The position numbers were made by a program, and so were the translations under genes. Below are positions 10,577 to 19,800 of a DNA stretch of 64,000 nt, one piece after another. The DNA is taken from the NCBI GenBank assembly GCA_963676835.2, contig CAXXFF010000004.1:448001-512000 (forward strand), read 5' to 3'. This DNA comes from Marispirochaeta sp. Lineage in GTDB: Bacteria > Spirochaetota > Spirochaetia > JC444 > Marispirochaetaceae. Below the pieces are notes generated by a model. That model made no database searches. It worked only from the letters and a program-made list of their open reading frames with translations, and was not told the origin of the DNA. Position 1 is the stretch's first letter, and the number at the start of each line of letters is the position of its first letter.

Positions 10577-11143
10577 ATGATCAAAGCAGGACAGATAGAA
10601 CAGGGAATGTTTCTTCTGGAAAAGGGAGAACCATATCTGGTAGTAGAGCGGGAGTTCGTAAACCCCGGAAAAGGGTCAGCCTTTGCACGGCTTAAACTTA
10701 AGCACGTAGTTACCGGCTCGGTACTGAAACCGACCTATAAAACTCAGGATTCCGTTGAAGAATGTATAGTAGAAGACCACGACTGTCAGTATCTCTACTC
10801 CGATGGCGAAAACTACCATTTCATGGACTCCACCACCTATGATCAGTTTGAAGTACCCGCAGCGGGCGGTATGGAAGACAAGGTTCTCTTTATGAAAGAC
10901 GGGGAAACCTACCGGGTTGTATTCTGGGAAGGGAAACCCATCGACATCAAGGTTCCCTATAAGGTGGTTTATGAGGTAACCGAAGCTGCAGACGCGGTAA
11001 AAGGTGATACCGTAACCGGAGCTACCAAGGTTGTTACCGTCGAAACCGGTCTTACCGTAAAAGTGCCTATTTTCATCAAACAGGGTGAAAGAATTATGGT
11101 CAACACAGAAACCCGTGAATATGTTGAACGGGTAAACAATTGA
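10577..11143 (+). CDS. efp: Translation elongation factor P (Lys34 type, PGKG loop)
   Basis: FVNPGKGSAF, QYLYSDG..YHFMD, AVKGDT, VKVPIFIKQGERIMVNT..EYVER. Confidence 0.97.
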   Translation: MIKAGQIEQGMFLLEKGEPYLVVEREFVNPGKGSAFARLKLKHVVTGSVLKPTYKTQDSVEECIVEDHDCQYLYSDGENYHFMDSTTYDQFEVPAAGGMEDKVLFMKDGETYRVVFWEGKPIDIKVPYKVVYEVTEAADAVKGDTVTGATKVVTVETGLTVKVPIFIKQGERIMVNTETREYVERVNN

Positions 11144-12327
11144 GTTCACTCTCAGAGCTTATCAACAAGCGCGTTCCCCTGGCCTTTATGGGGGAACGCC
11201 TTTTTTTTGACCTCTCCCACGCCCTTTTTTCCAGCTACAAAATTGACGACGGCAGCCGGCTGCTGCTCAAAACCCTGGCAAAACAACTCGACCTTGAGAA
11301 AATAACCTCAATTGCAGATGTAGGATGCGGAGTTGGAACACTGGCGCTGGCCCTGAAGAAACGGTTCCCCGAAGCAACCCTGACCGCCCTGGACAGGGAC
11401 GCTCTGGCAGTAGCAATGACCCTGCATAATGCAGAACTCAATAAGGTTGCCCTGGAAACAGCCGAAACAGCCATGATGAACGAACTTGGCTTTCCGCCGG
11501 TGGATCTGATTGTTTCCAACATTCCCGCCAAGGCCGGGGCTCCTGTTCACCGGGCATTTCTTGACTCCCTGCACCGCATCCTCACCACTGACGGAACGGC
11601 AGCACTGGTAATTGTCACCCCTCTTGAGGAGAGTTTCCGGAGCATGATTATCTCCTCAGGACTCTCCATACGCTATGAGGAAAAAACCGCCAACCATCTG
11701 GTTCTACACCTGAAGGTACTGGAGAACCGGTCAGTAAAACCGGCAGATGCCGACGGCCCTCTGGGTACGGCCTTCAGAACAGCATGCAGCTGCAGCCTGG
11801 CTAAACGGGAATACTCCCTGGAATCCGTCTATGGACTGCCCGCCTTCGATACCCCGGCATACGGAACACAAACCGCGGCGGAGCTGGTTAAAAAAAGAAC
11901 AATTAACGGCAGAGTGCTCTTTATAAATCCCGGACAGGGACATCTTGCAGCCTGGGCTGCAGGACACGGACCTGAACCTGTTATCCTTGCCGGACGGGAT
12001 ATCCTTGAGCTGAAGGTTTCTTCACACAATGTTAAGCTGAACAGCCCTGAAGGCAGGGTTGAAACAGTCTGTACAGCCTGGCCCGGTGAACTGACCGGTC
12101 TTAAGAAACAATGCAGATGGGCGGTGGTGGATTACAGTCCAATACCTGAAGCTCCCCCGGAAATGGGGTTTCCGGAAATCGCGGAATGCCTTATTCCCGG
12201 AGGAAACCTGCTGGTCTTCGGCAGAAGTTCGGACATACATGCTCTGCTGAAAAAACTGTCCGGATTTGTAAATATCGAAAGCCGTAAATACCGCGGTTAC
12301 CGGGCATGCCTGCTCAAGAAAGAGTAA
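11140..12327 (+). CDS. Class I SAM-dependent methyltransferase (RsmC/MTS-like, tandem Rossmann domains)
   Basis: LFSSYKIDDGSRLLL, DVGCGVG, LIVSNIPAKAG in the N-terminal half; degenerate second domain; TTG start overlaps the efp stop. Confidence 0.85.
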   Translation: MSSLSELINKRVPLAFMGERLFFDLSHALFSSYKIDDGSRLLLKTLAKQLDLEKITSIADVGCGVGTLALALKKRFPEATLTALDRDALAVAMTLHNAELNKVALETAETAMMNELGFPPVDLIVSNIPAKAGAPVHRAFLDSLHRILTTDGTAALVIVTPLEESFRSMIISSGLSIRYEEKTANHLVLHLKVLENRSVKPADADGPLGTAFRTACSCSLAKREYSLESVYGLPAFDTPAYGTQTAAELVKKRTINGRVLFINPGQGHLAAWAAGHGPEPVILAGRDILELKVSSHNVKLNSPEGRVETVCTAWPGELTGLKKQCRWAVVDYSPIPEAPPEMGFPEIAECLIPGGNLLVFGRSSDIHALLKKLSGFVNIESRKYRGYRACLLKKE

Positions 12328-12383
12328 GAGGCACTTTAACCGCAGGCTCCGATATGATATATTAGTAAAGAGGTAAGCAAGAG

Positions 12384-12800
12384 ATGAGAATCACAACAAA
12401 GGGCAGATATGCGCTTCGGGCGGTATCACAACTGGCAGCCCATTATTCTGATAAACCGATTTCAATCCGCGAACTTGCAGAGATGGAAAACCTGTCCGCC
12501 GAGTTTCTGGAACAGATATTCTACAAGCTGCGTAAAGCGGGCATCATCAATTCTACCAGAGGTCCCGGCGGAGGATTCAGCCTGAATCACGCCCCGGAAG
12601 ACATCTCCGTCACCCAGATATTCGATGCCGTGGGAGAAGGTCTGGATATGGCTCCCTGTGCCGCCGAGAATCCCGAACCATGCGAGATGAATTCCTGTAT
12701 AACCCACAATATCTGGGTGGAAGCGTCCAACCATTTTAAAGAGTATTTCAGTAATATTTCGGTAAAAGATATCGTAGCGGCTAATCCGGCAAAGGTTTAA
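12384..12800 (+). CDS. Rrf2-family transcriptional regulator (IscR/CymR-like, 3 Cys)
   Basis: MRITTKGRYALR, FLEQIFYKLRKAGIINSTRGPGGGF, three C-terminal Cys. Confidence 0.93.
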   Translation: MRITTKGRYALRAVSQLAAHYSDKPISIRELAEMENLSAEFLEQIFYKLRKAGIINSTRGPGGGFSLNHAPEDISVTQIFDAVGEGLDMAPCAAENPEPCEMNSCITHNIWVEASNHFKEYFSNISVKDIVAANPAKV

Positions 12801-12828
12801 TCCCGCGCCGGTTTCCCGTAAACCTTCC

Positions 12829-14037
12829 CTACTTTTTTCCCCTGCTGTTCTCTTTTCCTTCTTTACGGATTTCCCGTATCTCACGAATGAGGGGCTCCAG
12901 CCCGGTTCGCAGATGAAGATCCCGCTGGGGAAAGGGAATCTCTATGCCCTCATCCTTGAAACGGCGCCATATTTCGAGGTTGTTCCACGAATGGGCTGAA
13001 TATTTGTCCGCCACATCGTTCAGCCAGGTAAGCAGAATCAGGGTTATCCCCGAATCGTCAAAGGAATCCACCCGGACATCCGGCTCGGGAACCTTCAATC
13101 CATAGGGATTCTGAAGCCCCACACCGACCATAACCTCGATTGCCTGATCCAGGTCCGTTTCATAACTCACCTGAACAGGATTACGCAGGATTATACGCCG
13201 GTCATCATAGCTGTAGTTGTAGACGGTGTTATCCGTCAAATGACGGTTCGGAACAATAATGGTCTCATAGGAGATGGTATTTATTACCGTGGAAAGAAGC
13301 CGGATACTGACAACGGTGCCCTCGTAAGGGTCAACCAGAATACGATCACCCTCCTTTATGGGCCGGGTAAAGATAATCACAATACCGGCAAAAACGTTGG
13401 CCACGATGTTCTGCAGACCGAAACCAAGACCAATACCGAGCACTCCGAACATAACCGTCAGGGCTGAAAGATCGATACCGATAACCGACAGGCCGATCAT
13501 GGTGGTAAGGATCATTACCGTATATCGGATCAGACTTGAAAGGGAAAATTTCTTCGACTCATCCAGCCCGACACGATTGAAGAGATACTGATCGGTGAAA
13601 CTTCTGGTAAGGTGCCCGGCTTTTCCGGAAAGATAAAAAACCGGAATCAGCAGCAGCAGAGTGAGGAGAGAAATCTTCGTTCCGCCGGAATCAATCAGCG
13701 GGGTGTTAATTACAGACTGAAGAAAACTGCCGTACTTGCTTATCTCCGCGCCAAGAAGCCTTAAGCCCAGGCTGACCAGCGCAACAAGCACCAGAAAACG
13801 GAAAATCAGGCGAATCCAGCGCTGTATTTTTACCCGGGTCTCCTCCTTCCATGGAGTACGGGCAAGTAGTTTGCCCAGTCCCAGATTAAGGGTTTTGTAA
13901 ACCACTATAACCAGGATAAAGGGCAGCACCAGCTCGAGAAGAAGCCCGAGCAGAGAGAAGGGAAACTCCAGTTCCCCGATATTTATGGGTGTAAGAAAAA
14001 TGCGTTTAAGAATGGCAATAAACTCATTCACCTGCAT
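12829..14037 (-). CDS. mscS: MscS-family mechanosensitive channel with extra N-terminal TM helices
   Basis: GIGLGFGLQNIVANVFAG, RPIKEGDRI, IIVPN, GIEIPFPQRDLH. Confidence 0.9.
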   Translation of the reverse strand: MQVNEFIAILKRIFLTPINIGELEFPFSLLGLLLELVLPFILVIVVYKTLNLGLGKLLARTPWKEETRVKIQRWIRLIFRFLVLVALVSLGLRLLGAEISKYGSFLQSVINTPLIDSGGTKISLLTLLLLIPVFYLSGKAGHLTRSFTDQYLFNRVGLDESKKFSLSSLIRYTVMILTTMIGLSVIGIDLSALTVMFGVLGIGLGFGLQNIVANVFAGIVIIFTRPIKEGDRILVDPYEGTVVSIRLLSTVINTISYETIIVPNRHLTDNTVYNYSYDDRRIILRNPVQVSYETDLDQAIEVMVGVGLQNPYGLKVPEPDVRVDSFDDSGITLILLTWLNDVADKYSAHSWNNLEIWRRFKDEGIEIPFPQRDLHLRTGLEPLIREIREIRKEGKENSRGKK

Positions 14038-14046
14038 ACGCCTGCT

Positions 14047-15480
14047 TTATTCTGCAATAAATGCCAGCAGCTCATCCAGTTTGGCCTGGTTGATTATTCC
14101 CCGGTCAAAAAGGAAGTGAAACAGATCTTCCGCTTTTGCATAAGCCGTAAGGTTGATATTGTTCTGCTCCATATCGCGGCGGCCCTGGGTACCTCTTTCG
14201 AGGAGAACAATCAGATCATCCACTTCCAGGCCTTCTCCCCGAAGTATCTCCACCGCTTCCAGCTTGCTCTTGCCGGTGGTAATCAGATCATCAACCATGA
14301 CAACCTTTTCTCCGGGCTTATAGGCGCCTTCGACACTGTTGCCGGTACCATGGCCCTTGGCATTCATACGGGGATAAATCATGGGAATATCCGTTTCCAG
14401 CGAGAGGGCCGTGGAAAAAGGAACTGCAGCAACCGGGATTCCGGCAACCCTGTCGATTTTGCCCTCCGGCAGCAGTGAAGCATAGGCCCGCGCAACCTGT
14501 CTCATAAGACGGGGAGATGATGAAATCCGCCGCAGATCGAGATAAAAGGGAGATACAATTCCGGATTTGAGGGTAAAGTTTCCCAGCCGGAAACAGCCGG
14601 TATCAACAAGCCCCTGAAAAATCTCATCCTTCCGGGGATCCCGGGATACCGCAGGCAGTTTTGACCCTACAGAAGCTTTTACAGCAGCTTCTCGTGCGGC
14701 ATTGATCGAGTCCCTGAACTCTTTTGCCGCTTTTGCGGGATCCGCAGCGGCACTGATCCCGCGGGCCACCATGGGAAGAAGCTTGGAACCGTCGGCGCCG
14801 ATTCCGGCTGCAACAGCATCTTCGACACTGCCGCCCTGAGCGCCGATGCCGGGTGCAAGAATCCAGACATGGGGATGGCGGCGGCGTACTGCAGTGAGGC
14901 TTGCCGGGTCATTTCCCGCAACCACAAGGCCGGCGCGGTCGGACCAGGAGGTGACCTCATCGGCTATACGCAAAAACAGGGGGTCACCTCCGCTGCTGCC
15001 CACAGACAGCTCCTGGATACGGCCCACCTCAGGATTAGAGGTGCGGCAGAGGAAAAAATAACCTTTGTCACCGTAGGCAAGCCAGGGGTCTGCCGAGGTT
15101 TTTCCCATATAGGGGCTCAAGGTAACCGCGCCGCCCTCGAGGAAATCAAAAATAAGCTTCGCGTAGGCTTCGGCGGTGGCACCGATGTCGCCCCGTTTGG
15201 CATCTATCATTACCGGTATTTCGTCGGGGATAAGCTCCAGAGTTTTCTGAAGTGCCTCCAGTCCGGAAGGTCCGTGGGATTCGTAAAAAGCGATATTGGG
15301 TTTGTAGCATGCAGTATATTCCGCTGTCTCGCCGATAAGCCGGCGGTTGATCTCTACAATTGATTCTGCAGCAGTGGCACCTGCCTCGACTCTGGGGTCA
15401 AGACCGACACAGAGAAGTGTTTTTGCTTTGGCTATACGCTCTTCAAGAGTGGTAAAAAAAGGGGCTTTGTTTTTGCTCAT
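14047..15480 (-). CDS. pyrF-pyrE: Bifunctional OMP decarboxylase - orotate phosphoribosyltransferase (PyrF-PyrE fusion)
   Basis: N-terminal LCVGLDP, YKPNIAFYE, DAKRGDIGAT, LAPGIGAQGG; C-terminal FTLKSGIVSPFYLDLR, VVMVDDLITTG. Confidence 0.93.
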   Translation of the reverse strand: MSKNKAPFFTTLEERIAKAKTLLCVGLDPRVEAGATAAESIVEINRRLIGETAEYTACYKPNIAFYESHGPSGLEALQKTLELIPDEIPVMIDAKRGDIGATAEAYAKLIFDFLEGGAVTLSPYMGKTSADPWLAYGDKGYFFLCRTSNPEVGRIQELSVGSSGGDPLFLRIADEVTSWSDRAGLVVAGNDPASLTAVRRRHPHVWILAPGIGAQGGSVEDAVAAGIGADGSKLLPMVARGISAAADPAKAAKEFRDSINAAREAAVKASVGSKLPAVSRDPRKDEIFQGLVDTGCFRLGNFTLKSGIVSPFYLDLRRISSSPRLMRQVARAYASLLPEGKIDRVAGIPVAAVPFSTALSLETDIPMIYPRMNAKGHGTGNSVEGAYKPGEKVVMVDDLITTGKSKLEAVEILRGEGLEVDDLIVLLERGTQGRRDMEQNNINLTAYAKAEDLFHFLFDRGIINQAKLDELLAFIAE

Positions 15481-15573
15481 CCCGGGACTTCCTCATCTCA
15501 CATGGCATGGGTTGTCGGACCTTACCATTGCCGGTGGTATTGGTCAAGATTAGCATACAATAGTCAGTGGGCG

Positions 15574-17370
15574 CTACCGTGACATCTCCGGACTTCCCTC
15601 ATTGAGCAGGTCATGAATGGACTGGGGATTTTCTTCAAACTCCACAAAACGCTTGATCCGTAGAAATACTTCCTGGTTTTCCAGAAAAATATCCACAATC
15701 TGAGGATCAAAATGGCGCCCCCGCTCTTTGCTGATCAACTCCACCGCCGTCTCATGGCTCATGGGCTTTTTATAGGGCCGTTCACTGGTAAGGGCATCAT
15801 ATACATCCGCCAAAGCAACTATACGGGCCGACAGGGGAATCTCCTGCCCCTTTTTGCCTTCAGGATAACCCTTGCCGTCCCAGCGTTCATGATGCGAGTA
15901 GGCAACCTCTTTGCCGATTGTCAGGAATGACTCCATCTTCATCTGGGCTTCCACTTCCCGCAGGGCTTCCCCGCCAAGTACCACATGTTCCTGGATCTTT
16001 TTATACTCCAGATCCGACAGTGGACCGTCCTTGAGCAGAACCTGATCCTCAATTCCAACCTTTCCCACATCATGGAGAATGGCGGAAATATACAGGTCTT
16101 CAAGGTACTCATCGGTAATATAGTCTTTATACTGGGGCAGCTCCCGGAGCTTAAGGGCCAGGATACGGGTAAACTCACGGATCCGCTCAAGATGCTTGCC
16201 GGTACTTTTATCCCGGTACTCAGTCAGCTTGGCAAAGCCCATTATGGCCGCCGCCTGGGTTTCCCGCAGACTGGAGATAGTCTCTTTCAGCTTGTGCTCA
16301 AGATTCCGACGTTCCGTAAGATCCTTTTCCACAATGGAATAGGCGACCAGCTCTCCGGAAGAGTCGGTTACCCTGGAGTAGATGGCATAGGTATACCGGA
16401 TTTCACCGTTGCTGCACTTTCTGGCCGCTTCCGGCTCTATATAGCGGCCGTCGTTTCGTTCGATAATGGAGGTCAGCCGGTTGAACGAAGGGGTATCCTT
16501 TCCCACCCGGAAGATGGAATCGTAATGCTGGCCGAGGATCTCCTCCCATTCGTAGCCGTAAATCTTTTCAGCAGCGCTGTTCATATTCAGAACCTGACCG
16601 TAGGGATCCACGATAATAATGGAAGAAAGGATTGTTTCAAAAAGGGTGGTAAAGTTTTTCTCCGAAAGAAGCAGCCGGGATTCGATATTCTTCACATAGG
16701 ATAAATCTTTAAGATGAGTAGTATATCCTGCCACGGTTCCATCGGGATTATGATTAAGCCAGGATGTTTCCATTACATGTTTGACCGTATCTCCTGGACA
16801 GCTCACGGTTGTTTCATAATCACGGCACATGGAATAGTTATTCAGACAGTCAAGCTTCTCCTGAAGCTCTTCGGTATCGGCATACATGGCCGTAACAGAT
16901 TCCGGTACCGACTGAAGGGAACAGCCGAAAAAATCACAGAATCCCGGATTTACCGTCAGAATCCTGCCCTGCATGTCTGCGGTAAAAAAGGCTTCCGGAA
17001 GATTGTTAAAAAGGTCATCGTAGAGTTCGCGGTAGCCACCGCTCTCCCCGGTTTCAGGCTTCTTTTCCGGCGAAAGAGCCACCAGAGTATAGGTCCCTGC
17101 CTGAGACTGAACGGAAAAGGAGTTGAGCAGAAACCTCTTCTCCACATTACTCACCGAGGGGATGGTTACAGGCTTCTTGGTCTCCTCCCCGGCAACAATG
17201 CCGAGATAGGAAAGAAACTCTTCTCTGCGGGTAAAGATATCCATACTGCGCCAGCCCGTAATTGAGAGAAGTATCTCGTTAAAAAAGAGGATTTCTTCGG
17301 AATCATCCAGAATAAGGAACCCTTCCGAAATTTCTTCTATTATCTTAATCAGAACACCGGAGAAAAAAAT
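15574..17370 (-). CDS. PAS-domain HD-GYP c-di-GMP phosphodiesterase
   Basis: LHDVGK, HHERWDGKGYP, ADVYDAL; PAS segments. The frame stays open 42 codons upstream of the ATG at 17244, to an ATT at 17370 preceded by GGAGG; start position uncertain. Confidence 0.88.
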   Translation of the reverse strand: MFFSGVLIKIIEEISEGFLILDDSEEILFFNEILLSITGWRSMDIFTRREEFLSYLGIVAGEETKKPVTIPSVSNVEKRFLLNSFSVQSQAGTYTLVALSPEKKPETGESGGYRELYDDLFNNLPEAFFTADMQGRILTVNPGFCDFFGCSLQSVPESVTAMYADTEELQEKLDCLNNYSMCRDYETTVSCPGDTVKHVMETSWLNHNPDGTVAGYTTHLKDLSYVKNIESRLLLSEKNFTTLFETILSSIIIVDPYGQVLNMNSAAEKIYGYEWEEILGQHYDSIFRVGKDTPSFNRLTSIIERNDGRYIEPEAARKCSNGEIRYTYAIYSRVTDSSGELVAYSIVEKDLTERRNLEHKLKETISSLRETQAAAIMGFAKLTEYRDKSTGKHLERIREFTRILALKLRELPQYKDYITDEYLEDLYISAILHDVGKVGIEDQVLLKDGPLSDLEYKKIQEHVVLGGEALREVEAQMKMESFLTIGKEVAYSHHERWDGKGYPEGKKGQEIPLSARIVALADVYDALTSERPYKKPMSHETAVELISKERGRHFDPQIVDIFLENQEVFLRIKRFVEFEENPQSIHDLLNEGSPEMSR

Positions 17371-17453
17371 AGCGCGCCTCCATACCCTTGGCTTCCCTTA
17401 TTATCGGTAAAGACGGACAGAACTCCACTCTTTTACTGATAGAGGAATTTGAC

Positions 17454-17481
17454 TTGACCTGAAAAATAATGCGACTACAAT
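17454..17481 (+). promoter_or_regulatory. Sigma70-type promoter (TTGACC-16-TACAAT), probably giving a leaderless mRNA
   Basis: -10 hexamer ends 7 nt before the GTG at 17489; no SD. Confidence 0.6.
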
Positions 17482-17488
17482 AGTATAT

Positions 17489-18499
17489 GTGGATAGTCAA
17501 TTATATGTACAAATAGAAAATAAAAGTCTTATTCCATTCTTTGATCTCGAAAAGGATGTCAGCCGCAGCCTGACATTGACCACGATAAAAGACTACCAGC
17601 GCAAAGCTGTGGTAACCATCTACAGCCGCAATGCTGACGGTTCAAACCATAAGCTGAAACAGTTCAGCCTGGATCCCATTCCACCTGCACCCGCAGGGGA
17701 ACCGAAAATAGGGCTGAAAGCACGCAAGAGCGGCAAAAGAGCTGCAGATTTAACCCTGACACTTAACCGCAAGTATATGGCGGGAGGTACGGTAAAGGTC
17801 CCCGGAACATTTCCCTGGAAGGCCATACTTCTTGTCCTGCTGCTTCTTCTGCTGTTCGGCGGGGCGGTATGGGGAATAATGCAGCTTTTTACAAGTGCCG
17901 CAGCGCCGGACGCCACCTCCCGGGAAAAAGCAGGAGTTACTCAAACAGAAAGAGTCGCAGAAGCACCAGGAGAAGTAAAAGAAGTAAAACAGGAAGAGAC
18001 ACGCCAGGAGCCGGTAACACAGAAGACCCAGCCGGCCCCGCTGCCCTCTCCTTCACAGGCACAGGAATCTCCCGAAAAAACTCCTGCCCCGAAACAGCCG
18101 GAAATAACGACACCTCCTCCGGTTCCGGCAGCAGTACCAGAGCCGGAGCCGCTCATCCCGGCTCAACCGCTAAAGAAGATTATCTATTTTACACCGGACA
18201 GTGCATATCTCACCGCCGAAGCCAGAAACCAGCTGGATACAATTATTCCGGAGTTAAAAAAATACCCCGATGCAGGCATGGAAATTTCAGGTCATTGCGC
18301 TCCCCACGGAACGGAAAAGGGCAGACAGGAGCTCTCCAGCATGAGGGCTGAAGCTGTTGCCGCTTATCTGAGACAACACGGGCTGAAAGTAGACCGTGTA
18401 AGCGGCCTGGGCGCACGCTTCCCTGCCACCCGGGATCTGGAACAGCAGAACCTCAACCGCAGAGTTGAAATTTTACAACAGGACACTAAGAGGGAGTAG
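17489..18499 (+). CDS. Single-pass membrane protein: Hsp70 substrate-binding-like N-domain, TM helix, Pro-rich linker, OmpA-like peptidoglycan-binding domain
   Basis: C-terminal IYFTPDSAYL, ISGHCA, LSSMRAEAV, NRRVEI; TM ILLVLLLLLLFGGAVWGI; N-terminal resemblance to the DnaK beta-subdomain. Confidence 0.85.
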   Translation: MDSQLYVQIENKSLIPFFDLEKDVSRSLTLTTIKDYQRKAVVTIYSRNADGSNHKLKQFSLDPIPPAPAGEPKIGLKARKSGKRAADLTLTLNRKYMAGGTVKVPGTFPWKAILLVLLLLLLFGGAVWGIMQLFTSAAAPDATSREKAGVTQTERVAEAPGEVKEVKQEETRQEPVTQKTQPAPLPSPSQAQESPEKTPAPKQPEITTPPPVPAAVPEPEPLIPAQPLKKIIYFTPDSAYLTAEARNQLDTIIPELKKYPDAGMEISGHCAPHGTEKGRQELSSMRAEAVAAYLRQHGLKVDRVSGLGARFPATRDLEQQNLNRRVEILQQDTKRE

Positions 18500-18503
18500 A
18501 AGC

Positions 18504-19757
18504 ATGACGAAAAACATCGGGTTTATCTCTTTCAGGATTTCCGGAACAGATGGAGTCTCTCTGGAGACAAAAAAATGGGCGGCCATACTGGAAAGAATGG
18601 GACACAAGTGCTTCTACATGGCAGGAGAGGTGGACACCCCCCCGGAAGCCTCCTATGTTGCCCTGGAAGCCCATTTCCATACACCCGAGATCAAGGATCT
18701 CTATGACGGATGCTTCAACAATACCCGACGTCCCCAGGCCCTCACCCGCAAACTTCACCTGTACCGAGAACGGCTGAAGGAAGAAATCTACGCCTTTATA
18801 AAAAAGTTCTCCATCGATGTGATGGTACCGGAAAATACCCTTACCATACCTCTGAATATTCCCCTGGGAATGGCCATTACCGAAGTAATCGCTGAAAGCG
18901 GCATTCCAACCATTGCCCATCATCATGATTTTTTCTGGGAACGGAAGCGGTTTCTGCGCAACTGTGTCTGGGATTATTTCAACTCCTGTTACCCACCCCA
19001 CCTGAATAATATCCAGCATGTAGTAATCAACTCCTCAGGGCAGAACCAGCTGGCCTTGAGAACAGGAATAAACTCAACCCTTATTCCCAATGTTATGGAT
19101 TACGCCACCCCTGCCCCGGGAATCGACGACTGGAACAGGGATGCCCGGAAAGCCTTTAAAATTGATGATGATGAACTGCTGATTTTACAGCCCACCCGGG
19201 TGGTGCAGCGCAAGGGAATAGAGCATGCCATCGAACTTGTGGCCCGGCTTGAACGAAAAGCGGCACTGGTAATATCCCATGCCTCGGGAGATGAAGGCTA
19301 CGAATACCAGAAGCGGGTTGAAGACTTTGCAAGCCTTATGAAAATACGGGCCATCTTTGTGGATGACCTTATCCGGGAGAGCAGGGAACACACCTCAGAT
19401 GGACGAAAAACCTACACCCTGTACGACGTCTATCCCCACGCGGATCTGGTAACCTATCCCTCAATTTTTGAAGGATTCGGCAATGCCTTTTTGGAGGCGG
19501 TCTACTTTAAACGCCCCATAATGGTAAACAACTACTCGATCTATTCCCATGACATAAAACCCAAGGGATTTGATGTTATCGAGATGGATGAGTTTCTTTC
19601 TGATGATATCGTAGACTACACCCGCAAGGTTCTGGATGATCCCGAAAGGATGGCGGCCATGGCGGAGAAAAACTACGAAATTGCCCGCAAGTTCTACAGC
19701 TATGAAATGGTCGAAGAAGCTCTGCACTTTCTGCTGAAAAACTTCTTCGGCCAGTAA
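18504..19757 (+). CDS. GT4 glycosyltransferase, mannosylglucosylglycerate synthase (MggS)-like
   Basis: DGVSLETKKW, AHHHDFFWER, QPTRVVQRKGIEHAI, YPSIFEGFGNAFLEA; SD GGGAG before ATG 18504; adjacent to a GH13_18 phosphorylase. Confidence 0.82.
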   Translation: MTKNIGFISFRISGTDGVSLETKKWAAILERMGHKCFYMAGEVDTPPEASYVALEAHFHTPEIKDLYDGCFNNTRRPQALTRKLHLYRERLKEEIYAFIKKFSIDVMVPENTLTIPLNIPLGMAITEVIAESGIPTIAHHHDFFWERKRFLRNCVWDYFNSCYPPHLNNIQHVVINSSGQNQLALRTGINSTLIPNVMDYATPAPGIDDWNRDARKAFKIDDDELLILQPTRVVQRKGIEHAIELVARLERKAALVISHASGDEGYEYQKRVEDFASLMKIRAIFVDDLIRESREHTSDGRKTYTLYDVYPHADLVTYPSIFEGFGNAFLEAVYFKRPIMVNNYSIYSHDIKPKGFDVIEMDEFLSDDIVDYTRKVLDDPERMAAMAEKNYEIARKFYSYEMVEEALHFLLKNFFGQ

Positions 19758-19800
19758 ACAACTAATAGCCGGGTCGCAGATAGAAAACAGACAGACCGGG

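Noticed and set aside
18465..18503. Longer TTG start for the GT4 given in the ORF track
   Set aside because: Overlaps the ompA-like gene; the ATG at 18504 has an SD and matches where the GT fold begins
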